Source: an uncultured Gammaproteobacteria bacterium
Lineage (GTDB): Bacteria > Patescibacteriota > Microgenomatia > Levybacterales > UBA12049
Assembly (NCBI GenBank): GCA_964483115.1
Contig: CAYZZF010000003.1
Location: 2,772 to 66,771, forward strand
Reading direction: 5' to 3'
Length of the DNA: 64,000 nt
A program made the translations under genes and the position numbers. This document shows positions 8,654 to 16,567 of the stretch, in pieces. Below the pieces are notes generated by a model. It did not search any database and was not told where the DNA came from. It worked only from the letters and a program-made list of their open reading frames with translations. How positions within the stretch are numbered: position 1 is the first letter of the stretch; every line of letters begins with the position of its first letter.

Positions 8654-8813
8654 AAGGTTTAAGGTCACTAAAAGTGGCAAGGTCCTTTTCTCCCATCAGT
8701 ATAAAAGCCACCTTAAGGCAGGGAAGTCAAAAAGAAGACAAAGAAGGCAAAAAGAACCGGGAATAATTAGGGGAACATTTGCTAAAAAAATTAAGAAAAT
8801 GTTGGGAGAATAG
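8619..8813 (+). CDS. rpmI: 50S ribosomal protein L35
   Basis: KKSVSKRFKVTKSGKVLFSHQYKSHL is the L35 signature. Confidence 0.8.
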   Translation: MIKKKIKKSVSKRFKVTKSGKVLFSHQYKSHLKAGKSKRRQRRQKEPGIIRGTFAKKIKKMLGE

Positions 8814-9005
8814 TTTTAAGAATAATCTTAAATGAAAAAACAAAGACCAAGAAAAAATATAAATTTTTGAGAAACCCATTCGGAGAGGTCGGAAACAAAC
8901 TCTTATAGAACGTTTAATAGATACATTAAGAACATAAAAATCAAATTAGTGAACATTAAGAATAAATAGTAAAAATAAAATATATTTGATATTTAAAATT
9001 TTATT

Positions 9006-9356
9006 ATGGCACGAGTTAAAAGGGGAACAGTATCCCGAAGAAAACACAACAAACTTCTTAAGCTTACAAAAGGATACAGAGGAACCAGAGGCAAACTTAT
9101 TAAAGTGGCTCGCGAGACAGAGCTTCACGCGAGAGCTTATTCTTATCATGGCAGAAAACTTAGAAAAAGAAATTTTAGAACTCTTTGGATTACGAGAATA
9201 GGGGAAGCGGTAAAAAAAGAAGGACTTTCCTACAATGCTTTTATTAATAAATTGAAGAAGGCAAAAATAGAATTGGATCGAAAAACTTTAAGCGATCTTG
9301 CTCTCAATGATCCTAGTGTATTTAACAAAGTAATTGACGCAGTTAAAAAAGTCTGA
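9006..9356 (+). CDS. rplT: 50S ribosomal protein L20
   Basis: MARVKRGTVSRRKHNKLLKLTKGYRGTRGKL...NRKMLSDLA-type sequence. Confidence 0.85.
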   Translation: MARVKRGTVSRRKHNKLLKLTKGYRGTRGKLIKVARETELHARAYSYHGRKLRKRNFRTLWITRIGEAVKKEGLSYNAFINKLKKAKIELDRKTLSDLALNDPSVFNKVIDAVKKV

Positions 9357-9453
9357 TATATTAAATAATAATGAAGCAATTTAGCAACCTAAAAATTTTT
9401 AATTTTTACTTTACCTTCGCTTAGGTGGAGGTTAAGATTATTATAAATTTTAG

Positions 9454-9497
9454 CCTCCGATGACGTGGTAGATAGCGTCAATAAGCGGAGGTTTTTT
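9454..9497 (+). terminator. Terminator/attenuator hairpin (CCTCCG...CGGAGG plus TTTTTT) between rplT and pheS
   Basis: The stem encloses an inner hairpin GACG-tggtagata-GCGTC. The upstream GGAGGTTAAG (9427-9436) can pair with the same CCTCC instead, giving alternative folds. Confidence 0.45.
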
Positions 9498-9730
9498 AGT
9501 ATAAAAGAAGTGTATTTCATGAGAAAGGAAGCTGGTATTGAAGATGGAGCACATGAAGCAGGAATTGTTATCACGATGAATGCATTAATAGATGCCAAAG
9601 AGTAGACCCGCAAGGTAAACGCCATAAAACGGTCTTAATAAGCCTTACCGAAATAATGGCAAATAGACCCGGTTCGATTGATATAGTATTAAAACTACAA
9701 AAGGATAGACAAGTATGATATTCTAATTTT

Positions 9731-10768
9731 ATGGAAGAAGAGTTAATCCAAATTAAGAATGCGGCAGTATCGTTAATTTTGGAAGCAAAAAATCAAGAAG
9801 AACTCGAAGAAATAAAGCTTCAGTTTCTGGGAAGAAGTGGAAAGCTGACACTTGCCATAAAAGAAATCCCTAAATTACCTATTGAGAAAAGGCCTGAAAT
9901 TGGAAAACTTGCAAATGAAGTTAAGAACACAATTGAGGAAACTTTAGAAAATCAAAAATCGAAAATCAAAAATCAAAAATTAGAAGCTGCAAAGATTGAG
10001 ATTGACAGGACAGAACCTGGGATAGAACCTGAAATAGGACACATTCATCCAATGTCCCAAGTCATTTATGAAGTTGTGGATATATTTAAAACTTTGGGAT
10101 TTCAAGCAGCAGACGGGCCCGAGATAGAAACTGATTACTACAATTTTGAAGTTTTAAATATCCCCAAGGATCACCCCGCACGAGATATCCAACAGACATT
10201 GTACTTAGACACAAGAAACAGTAAGGAAACGCCCGGAGAAATATTGCTTCGAACTCAGACGTCCAACATGCAAGCAAGAATCATGGAAAAAATTAAACCT
10301 CCATTTAGAGTTATAGTCCCAGGGAAGGTATTTAGATACGAGCAGGTAGATGTTTCTCACGGATTTGAGTTTCAACAATTTGAAGGATTCGCAGTTGATG
10401 AAAATATCAGATTAACAGATTTATTTGGAACTATCGAATATTTCTTTAAGAAATTCTTTGGTGAAAAAACTAAAGTCCGCTTTGTATGCCATAACTTTCC
10501 TTTTGTAGAGCCCGGGGCTGAAGCCTATATTAACTGTAATGCTTGTGGGGGAAAAGGCTGCGTCTTCTGTAAAAATTCCAGTTGGGTAGAGATATTAGGA
10601 GCAGGAATGATACATCCTAATGTTTTAAAAAGTGTTAATATTGATCCAAATAAATATCAAGGCTTTGCCTTTGGAGTTGGTTTGTCAAGACTTGCAACTT
10701 TAAAATATCAAATGGATGATTTACGGCTTCTGACAAACCCCGACTTAAGAATATTAAATCAGTTTTAA
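9731..10768 (+). CDS. pheS: Phenylalanyl-tRNA synthetase alpha subunit
   Basis: ILLRTQTSNMQAR, FRYEQVDVSHGFEFQQFEGFAVD, and class II motif 3. Confidence 0.85.
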   Translation: MEEELIQIKNAAVSLILEAKNQEELEEIKLQFLGRSGKLTLAIKEIPKLPIEKRPEIGKLANEVKNTIEETLENQKSKIKNQKLEAAKIEIDRTEPGIEPEIGHIHPMSQVIYEVVDIFKTLGFQAADGPEIETDYYNFEVLNIPKDHPARDIQQTLYLDTRNSKETPGEILLRTQTSNMQARIMEKIKPPFRVIVPGKVFRYEQVDVSHGFEFQQFEGFAVDENIRLTDLFGTIEYFFKKFFGEKTKVRFVCHNFPFVEPGAEAYINCNACGGKGCVFCKNSSWVEILGAGMIHPNVLKSVNIDPNKYQGFAFGVGLSRLATLKYQMDDLRLLTNPDLRILNQF

Positions 10769-10787
10769 TGAATATTAAATACTAAGT

Positions 10788-12683
10788 ATGTTGGCACCTT
10801 TATCTTGGCTTAAAGAATACGTCGATATAACTTTATCTCCAAAAGAGCTGGGAGAACGCTTAACTGAAGTTGGGCTAGGTACTGAAAAAATTACAAAAGT
10901 TGATAGTGATATAATTTTTGAACTTGAAATAACTCCAAATCGCCCGGATCTTTTATCGATAATAGGAATAGCTCGGGAAATTGCAGCGATCGAGAAAAAA
11001 AGAATTAAATTTCCAGGTGTAATCGTGACCCACCCCGAAGGTGTAATTGGAAAGCATAAGAAGATATTGCCTCTCGAAATTAAAACTGATTTTAAAATTA
11101 ACCCAAGATTTACTGGTATTATTATAGATAATGTAAAAATTGGAGAGTCTCCGAACTGGATTAAAGAAAGATTGGCGAAAATAGGACAACGACCCATCAA
11201 TAACATTGTAGATATTACTAATTATGTAATGTTTGAGCTTGGCAATCCACTTCATGCTTTCGATTATGACAAAATAAAAGGCCACGTTATGAAAGTTCAC
11301 AAGACACAGGGAGGAGAAAAGTTTAAGAGTGTCGATGAAATATCTTACCATTTGCCTAAGAACGCTGTAGTTATGTCCGATAGCGAAAGTATAATTGACC
11401 TTTGCGGAATAAAAGGAGCTTATAATAGCGGAACTTTTAAAGAAACAAAAACAATTTTTATACGAGTGCCCGTTGAAGTTGCAACTCTTATTCGAAAAAC
11501 ATCTCAGTCTTTAAATCTTCGTTCTGAGGCTTCAAGTATTTTCGAAAGAGGAGTAAATTCTGGCGGGACAATAGAAGCCTTGCAAAGATGCGTTGATTTA
11601 ATTTTAGAAATCGCAGGAGGCGAAATCGCAAGCGAAATTTATGATCTAAAAAAGGGTGATTTTTCTCCGTGGAATGTAAATTTAAATCTTCAAAGACTTA
11701 ATAAATTACTCGGAATTTCTATTGAAGAAAGGACCGTTTTGAACATTTTAAAAAGATTAAATCTTAATCCTAAAAAAATATCAAAAGATATAATCAAGGT
11801 AACTGTTCCAACCTACAGAAATGATTTAAAAATAGAGGAGGATATAGTTGAAGAAGTTTCAAGATTATACGGCTATAATAATTTTCCAAAAACATTGCCC
11901 GAAGGGAAAATACCTACGAAAACAGCACCTTACTTTAAAGATTATAGGCTTGAAGAAAGAATCAAAGGTACTCTTAAAAGCTGCGGATTTTCAGAAATTT
12001 ATACCTATAGTCTTATAAGCGATAAGGATCTCCTAAACTTTGGTATTGACCCTGATAAAGTGCTTCTAGTAGATAATCCTGTAAGCTTGGAATTTGAGTA
12101 TTTAAGACCAACGCTAAAAATAAATTTGATAAAGGCGCTTAGGGAAAATTTGCCGTATTTTGAGAAAATAAACTTATTTGAACTCGGAAAAGTCTATCTT
12201 GGGCAAAGTCTTGACAGTATAAAAGAAGACTATATGCTCTCTGGCATTTCCAATAGTAAAAATTTTTATGAAGTGAAAGGAATTTTGGAGAGATTACTTG
12301 AAGAGATCGGAGTTAAAATGGACCTGAGCAAAAATATTGAAGTGATAGGGGAGGGGATTTTGTTTGAGATTAACTTTACTGAAATTCTTGAAAAAATAAA
12401 TTTGCAAAAAAAATTTGTTCCCATACCTAAATATCCCCCGATAGTTGAAGACATCAGTCTAAAAATAAATCCAAAAATAAAATATGATGAAATTGTTAAT
12501 CTTATTAAAAAGCAAAGCGATCTTGTTACCAGTATTACTCTGATTGATGAATTTAAAGACAAAAAAACATTTAGAATAGTGTATCAGCATAAAGAACGAA
12601 ATCTTACAAATGAAGAAGTAGCAAAAATCAGGAAGAGAATAAGTAATGAGCTTAAAACCCAACTCAAAGCAGAAATTGTTTAA
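10788..12683 (+). CDS. pheT: Phenylalanyl-tRNA synthetase beta subunit (shortened)
   Basis: N-terminus MLAPLSWLKEYVDI...LTEVGLGTE and the B3/4 and B5 regions. 631 aa against about 800 canonical. Confidence 0.8.
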   Translation: MLAPLSWLKEYVDITLSPKELGERLTEVGLGTEKITKVDSDIIFELEITPNRPDLLSIIGIAREIAAIEKKRIKFPGVIVTHPEGVIGKHKKILPLEIKTDFKINPRFTGIIIDNVKIGESPNWIKERLAKIGQRPINNIVDITNYVMFELGNPLHAFDYDKIKGHVMKVHKTQGGEKFKSVDEISYHLPKNAVVMSDSESIIDLCGIKGAYNSGTFKETKTIFIRVPVEVATLIRKTSQSLNLRSEASSIFERGVNSGGTIEALQRCVDLILEIAGGEIASEIYDLKKGDFSPWNVNLNLQRLNKLLGISIEERTVLNILKRLNLNPKKISKDIIKVTVPTYRNDLKIEEDIVEEVSRLYGYNNFPKTLPEGKIPTKTAPYFKDYRLEERIKGTLKSCGFSEIYTYSLISDKDLLNFGIDPDKVLLVDNPVSLEFEYLRPTLKINLIKALRENLPYFEKINLFELGKVYLGQSLDSIKEDYMLSGISNSKNFYEVKGILERLLEEIGVKMDLSKNIEVIGEGILFEINFTEILEKINLQKKFVPIPKYPPIVEDISLKINPKIKYDEIVNLIKKQSDLVTSITLIDEFKDKKTFRIVYQHKERNLTNEEVAKIRKRISNELKTQLKAEIV

Positions 12684-12687
12684 TCCT

Positions 12688-12742
12688 CACGTGCAATCGA
12701 GATACACCCCGAAGGTGAATTTTCGGAAGGTGTAGTTTCGTG
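12688..12742. repeat. Nested hairpin element containing ACACCCCGAAGGTG; likely a bidirectional terminator between convergent pheT and the PBP gene
   Basis: CACG...CGTG outer stem, TACACC...GGTGTA middle stem and CCGAA...TTCGG inner stem. Shares a 13-mer with 16394-16408 and 11030-11045. Confidence 0.45.
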
Positions 12743-12762
12743 TAAGATTTTAAAAATGAGAA

Positions 12763-15186
12763 TTAAAGATTTGGAGTTGGTGTTGGAGTAACTTCAGGAG
12801 TTAAAGAAGGAGAAGGAGAAGGAGAAGGAGTTTGACTTGGACTAGGCTCATTTGAAGAACCACCCGATGACTCTTGGTAATCGGAAGTTTCCGTAGGCGG
12901 ATAATACTCTTGGTCAGCAGCTGAATATGTTTGCCTGAGCCAGGCATCAATTCCTTCCTGCCAACGATTTTTCCCATCGGTTGAAACAGGATCATTTTCA
13001 CGAAACACTATGTAATCTTTTGTATCATAGTCTCCGGCTTTTATCTCTGAATCGTTGGCCAGTTTTCCACTCTGACGTTTTGATAATTTTATTTTTTGAT
13101 AAATTGCACTAGGTCCTGTTGGTTCTGTTCCTTTAATAAAATATTCAGATCTCGTTGGCTGTCCTGAAACAGGCAGTCCTCCTCCTAATGCATCTATCTG
13201 CGTTGCTATAACGTCGTCTGGTTTTTGAGGAAATTCGTCAGGTTTTCCTTTTAAAACAAATGACATAATTCTATTCCAAATAGGCGATGCACCAGTAACA
13301 CCCGATGATATCGCCTGATTCATGGGGCTATTGTCATTATTTCCAACCCAAACGCCAACTACATATGAAGACGTATACCCAACTGTCCAATTATCTCTTT
13401 TTTCATCGGTTGTTCCAGTTTTAACCGAAACCGTTTTCCCCGGAATCACCAGCCAGGAATTCGGGCCAAACTCCATTTTTCTTGCATTATTATCCAAAAG
13501 TATATGGGAAATTAAAAAGGAGATTTCAGGCGAGAGAACTCTTTCTCCTTCATGCTTCTTGTTTTCAAACAGTACGTTTCCTTTACTGTCGGTTACCTTA
13601 AGAATGGCGACCGGATCCTGTTTTATCCCGCCATTTGCAAAAACTCCATAGGCTGTTACCTCAGAAAGAAGACTGGTCTCGCGCCCCCCCAAAACAAGAG
13701 ATAATCCAACATTTGCCATATTCTCAGAAGTAGGCTGCCAATTCTCTATTCCCATATTGTAGGCTTTTTGCATTACGTCTTTTATGCCAACCCGGGCAAG
13801 CATTTTAACAGCCGCGATATTTATTGAATTACCTAGCGCAAATCGCAGCTGTATTGGACCATGGTATTTTTCGTCGTAATTTATAGGAGTATAGATTGGA
13901 TTTTTTGGATCATTTGTTGGAAAATCAGTCTTAGCATCTACTATAAGAGTTGATGGAGTGTACCCTTTTTCAAACGCAACTGAATACATAATTGGTTTAA
14001 GAGATGAGCCGGGTTGGCGATCTGCCAGGGCTGCATTAAAATTTCCATCGTTTTTTGTATCAAAATAGTCTTTACTGCCAACCATAGCCAGAATTTCTCC
14101 GGTTTTTGGATCCGAAACTATCGAAGCTCCATTTCCAACATTATAACCTTTTAGCTTACCGATCTCATCTTTAACTATTTCCTCAGCTTTTTTCTCTATT
14201 GAGTAATCAAGACTTGTTGTAACTTGAAGGCCCCCGTTTTCAACGATATTCTCGCCAAACTGCTTTGCCAAAATCTGTTTTACATACATCACAAAATGTG
14301 GCGCTTTAATAGATGTGTCTTTTTGAGAAAAAGTCTTATCTTTTATTTCATTGAGTGCATCGGTTTTTTGTTCTTTGTTAATTACTTTTTCATTTACCAT
14401 TTGATTTAAGACCTCTTCGGTTCTTGTAATATAGTATTTTTTGCCAGAAAAAGGGGAGTAAGTGCTGGGAGCCTGAGGAAGACCTGCTAAAAATGCACTT
14501 TCTGCCAAATCAAGATCTTTAACTTTTTTCCCAAAATAGGATTCTGCTGCTGCCTCAACGCCAATATTTGCTCCCCCATAGGGAACATCATTTAAATACA
14601 TTTCTAGAATCTGATCTTTTGTATATTTTTTGTCTACTTGAATTGCAAGCATCAGCTCTTTAATTTTTCGAGGAATGGTTCGTTCGGGGGATAGCAGGAC
14701 ATTTTTTACCAACTGTTGAGTAATTGTGGAGCCGCCGGAAAGCTGTCTAAAGAACACGATATTCCTTATAGCTCGAAGATAACCAGTTAGAGAAAAACCT
14801 TGATTTTTGTAAAAATTTTTATCCTCAATCACAATAGTTGCATCCCGAAGAGTTTTGGGAGTGTCAGAAAGTTTTACGTAGGTTCTGTTTTGGGTTTGAT
14901 ATACTGAATAGAGCAATATACCATTTCGATCGTAAATTCTAGTTGACTGGGACAAAGGTGGTTCTATCAATTTTCCTGGAGTTGGCAATTCCCGTCCGTA
15001 CCAAAGAAAAAGCCCAAATGCTACAATAATCAACGCAATTAACCCAATAAAAGAATATTTTGCAAGGTTGCTATACAGGAAAATCTTGGAAGAATACCCC
15101 GATCTCCTTGCTCTTCTGCTTGCATAATCAACCATATCTTTTACTATACCAAATTTACGAAAACCCATCAAATATGCTATACTCAA
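12763..15186 (-). CDS. Class A penicillin-binding protein (bifunctional glycosyltransferase/transpeptidase)
   Basis: N-terminal TM helix. GT51 motifs EDKNFY and ITQQLVKN. Transpeptidase motifs SSLKP, SIN and KTGT. The Pro/Ser/Thr-rich C-terminal tail is encoded by (GGAGAA)n. Confidence 0.85.
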   Translation of the reverse strand: MSIAYLMGFRKFGIVKDMVDYASRRARRSGYSSKIFLYSNLAKYSFIGLIALIIVAFGLFLWYGRELPTPGKLIEPPLSQSTRIYDRNGILLYSVYQTQNRTYVKLSDTPKTLRDATIVIEDKNFYKNQGFSLTGYLRAIRNIVFFRQLSGGSTITQQLVKNVLLSPERTIPRKIKELMLAIQVDKKYTKDQILEMYLNDVPYGGANIGVEAAAESYFGKKVKDLDLAESAFLAGLPQAPSTYSPFSGKKYYITRTEEVLNQMVNEKVINKEQKTDALNEIKDKTFSQKDTSIKAPHFVMYVKQILAKQFGENIVENGGLQVTTSLDYSIEKKAEEIVKDEIGKLKGYNVGNGASIVSDPKTGEILAMVGSKDYFDTKNDGNFNAALADRQPGSSLKPIMYSVAFEKGYTPSTLIVDAKTDFPTNDPKNPIYTPINYDEKYHGPIQLRFALGNSINIAAVKMLARVGIKDVMQKAYNMGIENWQPTSENMANVGLSLVLGGRETSLLSEVTAYGVFANGGIKQDPVAILKVTDSKGNVLFENKKHEGERVLSPEISFLISHILLDNNARKMEFGPNSWLVIPGKTVSVKTGTTDEKRDNWTVGYTSSYVVGVWVGNNDNSPMNQAISSGVTGASPIWNRIMSFVLKGKPDEFPQKPDDVIATQIDALGGGLPVSGQPTRSEYFIKGTEPTGPSAIYQKIKLSKRQSGKLANDSEIKAGDYDTKDYIVFRENDPVSTDGKNRWQEGIDAWLRQTYSAADQEYYPPTETSDYQESSGGSSNEPSPSQTPSPSPSPSLTPEVTPTPTPNL

Positions 15187-15189
15187 TTT

Positions 15190-16377
15190 GTGGATAAAAT
15201 AGATAGAATTTTGACTCGGGGAGTTGCTAATATAATTCCAAAAAAAGACACACTAAAAAAAGCACTTCAAAGTGGTAGAAAGTTAAACATTTATTTAGGA
15301 ATTGACCCAACTTCACCAAGAATTCACTTAGGACATGCTGTTTCGCTTATAAAACTTGCAAAATTTTCTGAACTTAATCATAATGTCACTCTTCTTATCG
15401 GCGATTTTACGGCTCTTGTTAGCGACACATCAGACAAAGATTCCGAGCGGCCTATTTTGAAACCTGAAGAAATAGAAAAGAATTTTAAAACCTATAAAAA
15501 GCAAGCAGAAAAATTTTTGGATTTTTCAAAAGTCAAAATTCGTTACAATAGCGAATGGCTTTCAAAGCTAACTTTTAAAGATATTTTAAGTCTTGTTCAG
15601 AAATTCTCTCTCAATGATTTTATCACAAGAGAGCTCATAAAAAAAAGACTAACTGAAGGAACGCATGTGAGACTTGATGAAGTTTTATATCCTATTATGC
15701 AAGGTTATGATAGTTATTTTATGGATACTGATCTACAGATTGGAGGAACAGACCAAACTTTTAATATGCAGGCAGGACGAACACTGCAAAAAAGACTTCG
15801 AAACAAGAAGTCCTATATTTTAGCAACTGAATTTTTAATGGGAATAGACGGCAAAAAAATGAGTAAAACCTGGAATAATGCAATATGGATTGATGATAAC
15901 GCAGATAACATGTATGCAAAAATAATGTCAATAAGCGATGACTTGATAATTCAATATTTTACGCTGGCAACAAGGATTTCAAATGATGAAATTGAAGAAC
16001 TAAAAAAAGAGCTTGAACAAAGAAGAAACCCGATAAATGTTAAGAAAAGACTCGCGTTCGAGATTGTGAAAAATGTTCACGGAGAAAATAATGCAAAAAT
16101 CGCCCAGAAACATTTTGAAAAAACCGTGCAAAAACAGGAATTGCCAACAAGTATTCCAGTATACAAATATACCGGTGATAGAAGAGATAACATAATTGAC
16201 TTATTGGTTAAAACAGAGTTTTCTCAAAGCCGCGCTGAGGCAAAAAGATTGATCAAACAAGGAGGGGTTGAGATTGATGATGGAAAAATTACAAATCCTA
16301 ACTCAGAAATAGAAATAAAAAATGGTATGATAATAAGGATAGGAAAAAGAAAATTTTTAAAAATCAGGGTACTTTAG
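15190..16377 (+). CDS. tyrS: Tyrosyl-tRNA synthetase
   Basis: HIGH motif (RIHLGH), KMSKT, and a C-terminal S4 RNA-binding domain (RAEAKRLIKQGGVEIDDGKI). Confidence 0.8.
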   Translation: MDKIDRILTRGVANIIPKKDTLKKALQSGRKLNIYLGIDPTSPRIHLGHAVSLIKLAKFSELNHNVTLLIGDFTALVSDTSDKDSERPILKPEEIEKNFKTYKKQAEKFLDFSKVKIRYNSEWLSKLTFKDILSLVQKFSLNDFITRELIKKRLTEGTHVRLDEVLYPIMQGYDSYFMDTDLQIGGTDQTFNMQAGRTLQKRLRNKKSYILATEFLMGIDGKKMSKTWNNAIWIDDNADNMYAKIMSISDDLIIQYFTLATRISNDEIEELKKELEQRRNPINVKKRLAFEIVKNVHGENNAKIAQKHFEKTVQKQELPTSIPVYKYTGDRRDNIIDLLVKTEFSQSRAEAKRLIKQGGVEIDDGKITNPNSEIEIKNGMIIRIGKRKFLKIRVL

Positions 16378-16393
16378 CAAGTGTAAACGTAAC

Positions 16394-16408
16394 ACACCCC
16401 GAAGGTGT
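16394..16408. repeat. ACACC-CCGAA-GGTGT hairpin (REP-like), followed by GGTGTAAA/GGTGAA repeats
   Basis: Same 13-mer CACCCCGAAGGTG as at 12705-12717. Lies just downstream of the tyrS stop. Confidence 0.4.
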
Positions 16409-16440
16409 AAAGGTGAAGGTGTAAACCTGTAAACGAAATA

Positions 16441-16548
16441 TGGAGGTTTTTAGAAGGCATCAATGGATTTGGAAAATTATTGTAATTATTGCATCGCTTG
16501 CTCTTATTGCGGCGTCAGTTCTTCCAGCTCTTAGTCTTCACTAAAATA
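16441..16548 (+). CDS. Possible 35-aa membrane micro-protein
   Basis: MEVFRRHQWIWKIIVIIASLALIAASVLPALSLH has a single TM helix. Preceded by AAATATGGAGG. Below the size cut-off of the ORF track. Confidence 0.2.
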
Positions 16549-16567
16549 TGAACAAGCCTGACTTGTT

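Noticed and set aside
13322-13651. Plus-strand ORF inside the PBP gene, and similar antisense ORFs inside gyrA (43796..44086, 45433..45993), pilB, pheT and dnaB
   Set aside because: They lie antisense to or embedded in strongly supported conserved genes. They have low-complexity translations and no independent signals.
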